The notes beneath the pieces are model-generated. The model had not been told where the DNA came from. It worked only from the letters and a program-made list of their open reading frames with translations, and ran no database searches. From Basidiobolus meristosporus CBS 931.73 (Eukaryota > Fungi > Basidiobolomycota), in assembly GCA_002104905.1 (NCBI GenBank), contig MCFE01000126.1, forward strand, positions 62,001 through 126,000: 64,000 nt of DNA, in the 5' to 3' direction. Positions 54,625-64,000 of the stretch are shown one piece after another; the first letter of the stretch is position 1, and each line of letters begins with the position of its first letter. A program made the translations under genes and the position numbers.

Positions 54625-57600
54625 TTTAAACAACTTTGAGAATGATCATAATCTGGGTACCTGATAATTTGGTTAAAATATTCTAAGTAAATCCCTACTA
54701 GAAATTTGGTCAGGACAGAATGCTAATCAAACAATAAGATCTATATGAATAAGTTGGCATGAATATTTTGGTGACAACTTAATAATTACAACACTCCCAC
54801 TTAACAAAACACTCATGAACATAAATACAAATTGAGAGTGTGCAAGCTGTAATAAATGTATAAGATATAACAGTGTTACATACTGGACTAATGTACTATC
54901 AAAAGTATATGCATTTATGTTGAACTTAATTGAACAAGAAACTTGTAATTCAGAGTGCATATCTACTTAATAGTATGCCTAAGAATCAGAATGATTTGAT
55001 CAGAATACTAATCATTAGCTTTGATCAGTTTTACAGGCTTGAATAATAATCTCAGTTTAATTGTCAGATTGTAATAATAATACATAGCCTCTGGGCTATC
55101 CAATGCTTCTTATTTGAGCAAAGCAGATCCACTTTTGGTAAAGTTTAGGTTTTGTCATTTATGGTGGATCTGGAGTTTCCTTATTTCTGGGCAAAAGTCT
55201 AACTCTTTTAGTCAGCTCTACTGTATGTCCGTATTAGGCTCAGGGACAGTTACTTCCATCACATAGACTCTATATGAGGTAAAAGAAATGACCTATATTG
55301 GATCAAGCTAAGGTTTTGTCATTTACGCCTGATACAGATTATCTTCATTTTATGGCATTACAGCACATACAACATGGCCAAAAAAATAAAGTTTTTTTGC
55401 TCAACTCTGAGCTGGGATGGCTTGTTCCCACTTGAATCACATCTGTTTAGTGATGCAGTACCACAAAAAAGATCTAGAGTGGTCATCTTTGTCTTCCTTA
55501 AGTAGAATCAACTCTCTATGGACTGATTACTTCATTTACAGTGTAGTGGGATCACAGAGACACCCACTGACAGATGTGCTCATTCCCATATTTTCTACTT
55601 CCCTATTTCTCTACTACACTTATTTTAGTTTTATCCCATTTGTCTTACCTGATCAGTGCTATCCCATAGGCTGGGTGACAATCACACCTGCTTACCGTAT
55701 TGCATAAGTTATCCCTCACTTTATGTAAGATTACTAGCTGTAAGTGCTTCTATATTAGGCCACTACCTGCACCAGTACCCATGACACATGATCAACCCAT
55801 GTCACCATCCCTACCATTTCCATACCATATATGGTATCCCTATGTTACACAGGCTTCAGAGTACTGGTTCCTGATTGGTTGGATGTACTGTGCCTGTTAG
55901 AACCTTCTGGCACCTACTTAGAATACTCTTAGCTCATTCTGATGTCATTAAGATTTCTATTGATCTCCAGAACCTTCTGGAACACCATGATTAGTAATCA
56001 CTTAGTCAGTGAGAAAAGTATATATGGGAGGCAATCCCTCAACAATAAATCATCTTCCCTTTTATCAATATACCAACATGTTGATTAGTGTGATAACTGC
56101 TACCTGCTGCTACCTGAACTTCCAACCCCAGACCACAGGACACTCCCAGGAAACCATGCTGACAGCCAACTGACCTTGGAGGCACTACTTGTGAAGAATA
56201 CTTAGAGTAAGTACCTATTATTATATTTCATTCTTTCCCAAGTTTGTTTGTGTACAGGCAAAGATACTTTTCTGTCTTTGTAACTATTGACCTTGGCTGC
56301 ATTCTTATCAAGTCCCTGCTGGTGGAGTTTACAGTTGTTTGACTTTGGAAGCTTTAGTACATTGTCATCTCAAAGGACACTGAACCCAGCACATATTATT
56401 GTTAAGACACCAACTAAGTTGGGGATTGTAGCTCAATAGTTTTCCCTTGACAAGCTTGTGGCTTTGTTCCCCATCACATTAGATTAGAGACAGAACCCAA
56501 GTATTCCTAGCAAGCTTTTGCCAGAGGTTATTGCACCCAGTTAACACCCCACACACAAAACACTTAAGAGGTGTTGGACATATCTCTCCCTTGGACTTAT
56601 ACACCATCACAACAGTAGATTTAAAGTCCATTTGCTTCTTGATATACCCAGATTGGTATCAGAAAGTACCATAGGTTGTTTGGTAGCTATTTTTAGGGTG
56701 TTTTTACTGATTTGGATTGATACAGCTGCTTTTGTCTTATCAGAATACACTTGTAGAGTAGAAACTAGAGCTTTTCTGGAAGTGAGATTCTCCTCAACCA
56801 GAGCTTTGATTATCCTTATTCTCCTGATAGTTATTTTCAACCTTGAGCTCAATTTGCAAGGCTAGCTGATCTTCTAGTGTCTTCAGAGTCCATAAAAATC
56901 ATCTGGTTGATCCTTGCACCTTTTTCTATCAGCTCCATAGGCAGCAGACATCAAGACTTCTGCTTTAGCTAATCTGCTCAATATATACTATAATATCTGA
57001 AAGATCTTATTGAAGTTTCAAGGCTCTTCTGGGGTTTCTGGCTTAAGAGCTTTGTTTAAAAGGCTCCATGGAACATATCTGCATTCCCCAATAGTCCAAA
57101 TATAGCATACATAGGCTTTGGCTCCATTAGGGAAGTACCCTAGTTTGCAGTAGCTGTATTTTCCCATTTTTCTTCTATTTCTTTTCCTGCCAATAATCCA
57201 AGGGAAAATCCTTTTGTAGGATGGTTCTGGACCTTCTTACAGGTGAGACCACAGTGTGGTTGAGCATAGAAGACCTCATGACATCATTGGTCCAGAATAT
57301 TTAACTATTTGAGTGTGGTATAGTGAAAATTGGCATCCACTTAGAACAATCATAACTTCTGATAGAGTTGACCAAATTTGATCAAATAAGCTGCATTTGA
57401 AAGCTAGTTGCATCAGTGCTTTGGTATCAGACTCTAATATATCCGCTTTTGAGTGGCAGAGCTTAGCAGTGACTTGACCAATCACAATTCTCTTGATCTG
57501 ATACAAAGAATCAAATGTTACCTAGTGTTTTCTCCCACTGTAATAAGTGATACACATCTAGCAGCTATAAAGTACTGTGTTATCTTGTGTTTGACTTCTA

Positions 57601-58825
57601 GTTGTATACTGGCCAACTATTGCTTGGTTGTATACTCCAGTTAGGCTTGAAATTATTTGCTTCACTCTTTCTGGCTGGTGGTGGAATCTACTTAAGTTAA
57701 TTTTGCTAAATTTGTATAATACTTTCTCCCACTGTTTTGAGACTTAAGCAGAGAGATAGCATGTCTAACAGCTCCATATTTAGCTCCTGGTACATTGGTG
57801 TCAGTATCCAAACACTTGATACAAATATAGCATTCCTCCATTGGACTGTGTAGCACATATCTGTACTCCAGGTGGATTAATGTGTATTATATATCATTGG
57901 GATCCTTAAAGTTCAGGGAGCTTGTTTCTGGGATCTTTTTCTATTAATTGGTAGTCCAAAATGGTGGTTAACAGCTCCAGTATTTGTGTTCTCAGCCTTA
58001 TTTTGGGTGGCAACAGATATGGTAAAATCTTCCTCTGGCAATCATTCAATAATGATCTAAGTTTTTTGTGGGAATTCAGGATAATATCCTATCTAAAAGC
58101 TTATCTAACAGTCAATTGAGGTCATATGAATACATATAGCAATATATTTCATTGTAGGTCTGGACCCTCAATTGCTGGAATTATGCAATCTTCTTCAGCA
58201 GTGGTAGAGCACCAACATATTATATATCTTGACATACTTACATGTCAGCATGATGGACTCTCCTTCATAACTAGCTTGAGTAGTTACTGAATGAGTCTTT
58301 TGATGGCAAGGCCTTCTTGTCCACAGCAATATCCTCATGAACATAGTCCTTTTAGCAGCAGTAGTCATCTTTAACTTTAGCAGAGCAATAGTGCAGAATG
58401 TCTTTCTCCAGACTAGCAGAAAAGGATCCAAGGCAAAGTAGATACCTAGAGGACAGCAAGCTTGGGGCTTGTAGCCTGTCTCAATATTCTGAGAGGTATT
58501 GGAAGTGATGTGGAGAACTAGAGGATTTACATATTTTTCACCTGTGGATTTATTGATCAAAAGTATGGTATTTATACTTTTGATAAAGTAGAGCAGACAA
58601 ACTTGTAGGGTTTGTTATGAAAGCTCCCAAGAATATGTGTGCAAAGTTTGGGGGCTCTGGGACAACTTTGAGAAAGCTCATAATCTTGGTACCTGGTAAT
58701 TTGGTGAAGATAATCTAAGTAAATCCCCACAAGAAATTTGGTCAGGACAGAATACTAGTCAAAGAATAAGATCTATGTGACTAAGTTAGCATGAATATTT
58801 AGGTGACAACTTAATAATTACAACA
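54625..58825 (-). mobile_element. Non-autonomous LTR element with copia-A-like LTRs and no recognisable pol (gag-only/LARD-like)
   Basis: 5' LTR 58477-58825 (349 bp), degenerate PBS GGCTACAAGCCCC, matching partial 3' LTR 54625-54792 with PPT GTTAAGTGGGAG (54793-54804). The interior is unrelated to copia-A; only weak gag-like traces. Confidence 0.65.
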
Positions 58826-59130
58826 GCTTAGTCACTTATATCTTAGTCCACAATTCTTAAAGTGCTCTGCCCTGATTTCCTGTTGGGATTTACCAAGAAC
58901 ATTCACCAAGTATTAGGTACCCAGGAGATGAAAAACCCCAATGCTGTCCAAAAAGCCCCAAGCTTTGCACTTATGCTCTTGGGTCCTTCCCAAGCATATT
59001 CTACAGGTTTGATTTGCTAAGATCATGTAAGACCATGATTACCACTATTATATTGAATTAATCATTGAGTAAGAATCACATGATCTACTTGTCCCAATCA
59101 CTTCCATCAACTTCAAAACTCCGACAACTA
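58826..59130 (+). repeat. Decayed copia-A-type LTR at the edge of the TE block
   Basis: Colinear with the copia-A LTR from ~position 35 to its end (CTTAGTCAC, GGTACCCAG, CTTTGCAC). Confidence 0.7.
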
Positions 59131-60158
59131 AATATCCTTGTTATTATTGTGGGGCTTGTACTGGCCTATGCCCTTACTTCTGACTTGCCGAAAGGCGATT
59201 GAGCATCTTGAGGCTCAGGAGCTTGCGTGAAGTTTGAGGGATATTACAAAAGACTGAGTAAACCGGATGTATTCATTTGATCTTCACCTAGTGATATGCT
59301 GACTGGTGTGGTTGTGTCGATAAATCTCCAAGGTCTTGGAATGGCAGACATGTAGAATCAGTTGATGCAAATATTTCGGTGTAATCCGAAATCCACCACG
59401 TATCCATCCGGTGGCTCAAAGTCCCAGCCGAGTAGACACCGCTGCGTGTGAGTGTTCCGGAGTTCAAGCACATTTATTGCCTGACCCGTAGGTATAGGAC
59501 GTCAAGTAAAGTATGCGTCCGTTATTTTCCGGTCTTTGCATGATCGGTGGTACTTGCCTGGCGCCCGATCACGGTAGTAGGAGGATGTTCAAGTCAGCGT
59601 GGATCAAGTGTTGCAAACCATTCACGAGTTATCTCGGTATCCTAACGATGTGCATACTGTGGAATCCCCTCCGACGACCAACGAATCCTGGGCTTGTAGT
59701 CCGGGTGATCGAGGCCGAACAGAGTCGCTCTGTGCAGAAGTACTTCTCCTTGGGTTTCTTTCGCCTCAACTCGCTAACAAGCATGAATCTGTCCACCGCA
59801 GTCCAGGATCCATGCCATCCGCATATAGCCATCCACATATAGAACTGAACCCTAGAAATCCCACGCCTTGGACTTCCTACTGGTGCTTGCTCGACTAACC
59901 AAAACATACCATTCAGGACCAGATAGGTGAGGCCGATTGGTGGACCAAGTGTCCACGTCCGTTCATTGGAGGGGGAGAATTTTTTCGGCGGCTCTTCGGG
60001 GGGAACCAATGATAGATGGTTTATGTGGATGTGGATGGTTTATTTGTCTAGTATAATCACAACGGGTGGGTATGGCGGTATCTTAATACATTTAGTGGTG
60101 ATAGTGGCGGCGGCGGTGACGGTTGGAGACAGGGACGAGGGGATGTACAGGTGGGAAG

Positions 60159-61271
60159 TTAGCCGGAGAATTGCCACCATTCGGCACGCACGGGGGTGAC
60201 CCCGGAGTCGATCAAGGCCTGCTCCTTCTTGACCTCGGCCTCGGACTTGAATCCGTGGGGGTTGGTCTTCTGCCAGCGCCAGAGATCCTCGCACATGTCG
60301 TTGAGGTCGCGTTCAGCCTTCCAGTGAAGCTCCTTGGCAGCGAGGGCGGGATCGGCCACGACGCTACCGACATCTCCAGCTCTGCGCTCCACGATCTTGT
60401 AGGGCAACTCGCGGCCCACCACCTTGGACATCGCCTTGCACATGTCCAATACAGAGTACCCGTTCCCGGTACCCAGGTTGTAGATGACGCAGCCTGGGTT
60501 CTGGGTCAAGCGCTCCAGAGCGGCGATATGGCCCAGAGCCAAATCCACCACGTGGATGTAATCGCGTACACCGGTACCGTCCGGGGTTTCGTAGTCCCCG
60601 CCGAAGACCTTGAGATAGGGCAAACGGCCTACGGCAACCTGGGAGATGTAGGGCATGAGGTTGTTGGGGATTCCCTGGGGATCTTCACCGATTCTGCCGC
60701 TGCGATGGGCACCCACGGGGTTGAAGTAGCGGAGGAGGGCAGCGTTCATGGTTGGGTCAGCCTTGTAAGCGTCGGTGATGATCTCCTCAATGTAGAGCTT
60801 GGTACGGCCGTAGGCGTTGGTGCAGCCGGTTCTGCATCCCTCGTGCAAGGGGAGGACCTCTGGGTCACCGTAGACGGTGGCAGAAGAGGAGAACACGATG
60901 TCGGTGACCTTGAATTCCTGCATCAAACTCAGCAAGACCAAGGTGGACATGATGTTGTTGTGGTAGTAGGTCAAGGGGATGATGGCGGATTCGCCGACCG
61001 CCTTGTAGCCGGCAAAGTGGATGACTGCGGAGAACTCGTACTTCTCGAAGACCTTCTTGAAGTTCTCCCGGTCGCAGCAATCCACCTTGTGGAAGGGGAT
61101 ATCCTTACCGGTGATCTCTTCTACTCGACGCAGAGACTCGGAAGAGGAGTTGCACAGGTTGTCAACGACCACCACCTTGTAGCCCCTCTGGAGCATCTCC
61201 AGCACGGTGTGACTACCGATGTACCCGGCACCACCGGTAATGAGAACATACTTTTGCTGATCGGCACCCAT
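60159..61271 (-). CDS. GAL10: UDP-glucose 4-epimerase (GalE-type, no mutarotase domain), 370 aa
   Basis: TGGAGYIGSH NAD-binding motif, FSSSATVYG, catalytic YGRTK, LRYFNPVGAH, GVRDYIHVVDLA; intact frame with high GC3. Confidence 0.96.
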   Translation of the reverse strand: MGADQQKYVLITGGAGYIGSHTVLEMLQRGYKVVVVDNLCNSSSESLRRVEEITGKDIPFHKVDCCDRENFKKVFEKYEFSAVIHFAGYKAVGESAIIPLTYYHNNIMSTLVLLSLMQEFKVTDIVFSSSATVYGDPEVLPLHEGCRTGCTNAYGRTKLYIEEIITDAYKADPTMNAALLRYFNPVGAHRSGRIGEDPQGIPNNLMPYISQVAVGRLPYLKVFGGDYETPDGTGVRDYIHVVDLALGHIAALERLTQNPGCVIYNLGTGNGYSVLDMCKAMSKVVGRELPYKIVERRAGDVGSVVADPALAAKELHWKAERDLNDMCEDLWRWQKTNPHGFKSEAEVKKEQALIDSGVTPVRAEWWQFSG

Positions 61272-62029
61272 GTTTGTTGCTATGCGCTTTTTTGATGGCT
61301 CGGGGGGAGATTCGGTGGGTATTTATATGCGCGACGAATACTCTGGATTTGGCGCGGTCGCTGGTGAAAACGGAATCTCTCCAGGGAACGACACCCCTAT
61401 CTCCAGAAGCGCCGTCCAGATTTGGCAGGTGGTGCAAATTTGCGCCAAGAATGGAATCCGCTCGCAGCACCGCCAGTGGCTTGCACCATGGACGTGTAAG
61501 CAGATGGATAGATGGTTTTAACCTCGATTGCCATTCACAGACGACGAAGTTCCGCGGGCCACTGAATGGGCCTGCTGGTGACTTTTGGATATATCGAAGA
61601 GACGGATTGGGAAGCCGCGGCACCAAAAATGGGATTGTTATGGATAGGGGTAGGGTTGCTCGTAGCTAATGGTTGATTTCGTCAAGGCCTGGAAGGGGAA
61701 CGCTAGGTTCCCTCCAAAGCATACGGATTGGAATTACGTAGATGTCTACGTGGTGGCCTGCCTCCATAACAGGCTTGATTCATCCAAATCTGCACCCGAT
61801 ATGCCAATTTGACCATGTTCGTCAGTATCGGAAGGGACCGCATTCGGCCAACAGCGACGGGGATTAGGTTCTATTGAATCCATGGATTTAGGCTTATTTC
61901 GATCGCTCTGCATTGCCTTGGATACCCAGATTGGTCATGGGCCGCCACTGACAAGCCTCAATCATGACGGAGACATATAAAAATGGTTACCTCTCCGAAG
62001 ATCCCAACAGAAACCCACTTCCCAGAATC
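61272..62029. promoter_or_regulatory. Bidirectional GAL10-GAL1 promoter region
   Basis: 758 bp between divergent ATGs. CATATAAA lies 50 bp upstream of GAL10 (61322-61329, -) and 48 bp upstream of the spliced GAL1 start (61974-61981, +). GATTGG (CCAATC) boxes at ~61605, ~61726 and ~61929. Confidence 0.7.
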
Positions 62030-63629
62030 ATGTCTCAAGATTTCGTACCAGTCGCCCACTCTGTCGCAGAGATCTATGCTCAATCCAGAGTGGACCACGA
62101 GATGTAAGTGGCGGCCTCCGGTCTTGTCGCCATCTCTGCTAGTTGCTAACCGGAAATTTTCTAGGTCCCGGTATCGCGCCTTGGTCGACCGCTTCAAGTC
62201 GATCTACGGCTTCGAGCCCGAGTTTGTCGCCCGTTCCCCAGGTCGCGTGAACATCATTGGTGAACACATCGATTATGCCGGCTTCCCCGTCTTTCCCATG
62301 GCTGTGGACCGGGACTGCTTGATCGCCGTTGCCACCACCGCCACCGACTGCAAGGTTCGTGTCGCCAACACCAACTCCGCCAAATACCCCAACCGCGAGT
62401 TTGAATACAACAGCGATGACATCGTCTTCATCGATGACACCATCCACGAATGGACCAACTACTTCAAGGCCGGCTACAAGGGAATGCTAGAGAACCTCAA
62501 GATGAAGGAGACCCCAGCCGGCATGTTCTGCCTGATGGACGGGTCCGTTCCATCCGGCGCTGGAATGTCCAGCTCCTCCGCCTTCGTCTGTGCCTCCGCC
62601 ATCGCCACCATGACTGCGAACAAGAAGCAGCTCACCAAGACGGACATCGTTCAGATCTCCATTGCCTCCGAGAGATATGTGGGTGTCAATGGTGGTGGCA
62701 TGGACCAGACCGCATCGGTCATGTCGAACGCCGATTCGGCCACCTTCATCGAATTCCAACCCAAATTCCGCACCACCCCCGTCAAATTCCCCTCCACCAA
62801 CCCCTCCATTTCCTTTGTCGTCGCTAACACGTTGGTAACGGCCGATAAGGTGGTCTCAGGCCCTGTTTGCTACAATCTCCGTGTTGTTGAGACCAGAGTG
62901 GGGGCCAAGATGTTGGCCAAGGGATTGAAGCTGGAGGACGAAGCCATCGGCACCTATAAGGAAGTGATGGACGCCTACTTCCGCACCCAGCAAGAGCCTG
63001 AATACTCCACTGAGACTGAACAGTGGATCCATCGGTTGACGAAGATGCTCGAATTGGTTGATCTGCACATCACCAAGCGTCAAGGGTACACCAAGCAGGA
63101 GATGGCCCAAGAGATCGGTTTGACCGAGCAGGAGCTCCACGACCGCTTTATGTCCAAGTTCCCGGTCCGCGCCGACCTCTTCCAAATCTACACCCGTGCC
63201 GTCCACGTCTACTCCGAATCCCTCAGAGTGGTCAAGTTCCGGGACATCTGCGAAAGCAATAGATCCGAGGTGATCGATAGCGAGGCTATTTTGCGCCAAC
63301 TTGGCGAGCTCATGAACGAGAGCCAGTACTCCTGCCGCGACAACTTCAACTGCTCCTGCCCCGAGCTTGAGGAGTTGACCACCGTTTGCCGCAAGGCTGG
63401 TGCTTACGGTTCGCGGTTGACTGGTGCCGGTTGGGGAGGCTGTACCGTCTCCATGGTCCCAGAAGACAAGGTCGAGTCATTCATCGAAACTGTGAAGAAT
63501 GAATACTTCCGACAGAAATTCCCCGACTTCTCCGAAGAGCAACTCGACTCCATCATCTTCTCCTCCCGACCATCCAGCGGAGCGTTCATCTACAAGAAGC
63601 ATGCTGCCGTGAACCCCATCGGAGGATAA
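62030..63629 (+). CDS. GAL1: Galactokinase (GHMP kinase), join(62030..62103,62165..63629), 512 aa
   Basis: RSPGRVNIIGEHIDY, PSGAGMSSSSA, GGGMDQ, GSRLTGAGWGG motifs. Splicing gives a typical N-terminus, MSQDFVPVAHSVAEIYAQSRVDHEMSRYRALVDRF. Confidence 0.95.
62104..62164 (+). other. 61-nt spliceosomal intron in GAL1
   Basis: GTAAGT donor, GCTAAC branch point, CTAG acceptor; removal joins ATG 62030 in frame to the kinase. Confidence 0.85.
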
Positions 63630-63875
63630 ATGGCCTTCATCAATCATCATTCGCAATGTATCCATAGTAGTTTCATCACCCAAATCGATCTATTCTCAAT
63701 AAATCTCTTCCAATAACAAGCCACCCTAATCCCTGGATTTTATTAATACCCACCAATTGTCGATTCGGCCATCATGCTCCGAAGGTACACACACCTGGCC
63801 AGTCAGGTCTCACGTCCTCATTCCAGACCAACGCACCTACGAAAGCTGGCTGAGTGGAGCGCGATGCTAATTAAA

Positions 63876-63962
63876 GCGAAGAGGCAACTTCCAAAACCAA
63901 CCGAAGCAAAGAGGCAACTTCCAAAACCAACCGAGGCAAAGAGGCAACTTCCAAAACCAACC
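63876..63962 (+). repeat. 30-bp tandem repeat, ~2.9 copies
   Basis: Unit GC(G/A)AAGAGGCAACTTCCAAAACCAACCGA(A/G). Confidence 0.9.
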
Positions 63963-64000
63963 ATGCCCATGTGGAGAAACCGATGACAAACATGTCGATC

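Noticed and set aside
1-59130. Canonical RIP
   Set aside because: RIP depletes CpA/TpG, whereas here CA/TG are abundant and CG is the missing dinucleotide.
59288-60009. Overlapping short ORFs downstream of GAL10
   Set aside because: No motifs or consistent codon bias; cannot be supported as genes without expression data.
60100-60200. Intron in the GAL10 3' end (GTGCGT donor, GCTAAC branch)
   Set aside because: No AG acceptor near the branch-like site; the unspliced frame ends normally.
60123-61295. 390-aa plus-strand ORF
   Set aside because: Antisense shadow of GAL10, expected from strong GC3 codon bias; no recognisable motifs.
61272-62029. Gal4 UAS (CGG-N11-CCG)
   Set aside because: I checked the CGG triplets in the region by eye; none has CCG at spacing 11.

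Overview
Fungal nuclear DNA in two sharply different parts. (1) About 1-59,130 is a nested, CpG-stripped transposon block. It holds many copies of one Ty1/copia family ('copia-A', 349-bp LTRs, half-tRNA-iMet-type PBS), a second copia family ('copia-B'), Ty3/gypsy remnants, CACTA/EnSpm-like transposase relics, and five members of a foldback/MITE family with AGAC...GTCT ends and 3-bp ANT target duplications. It also holds a gag-only LTR element and a ~0.2-kb insert carrying a decayed organelle/bacterial-type tRNA-Leu(UAG). (2) About 59,130-64,000 is CpG-rich host DNA with a divergent GAL10 (epimerase-only)/GAL1 (galactokinase, one intron) pair. No TE in the window has an intact pol. Exact boundaries are given where TSDs or TG...CA ends are visible; other boundaries are approximate. 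The species cannot be determined from this window. All alignments were done by eye.
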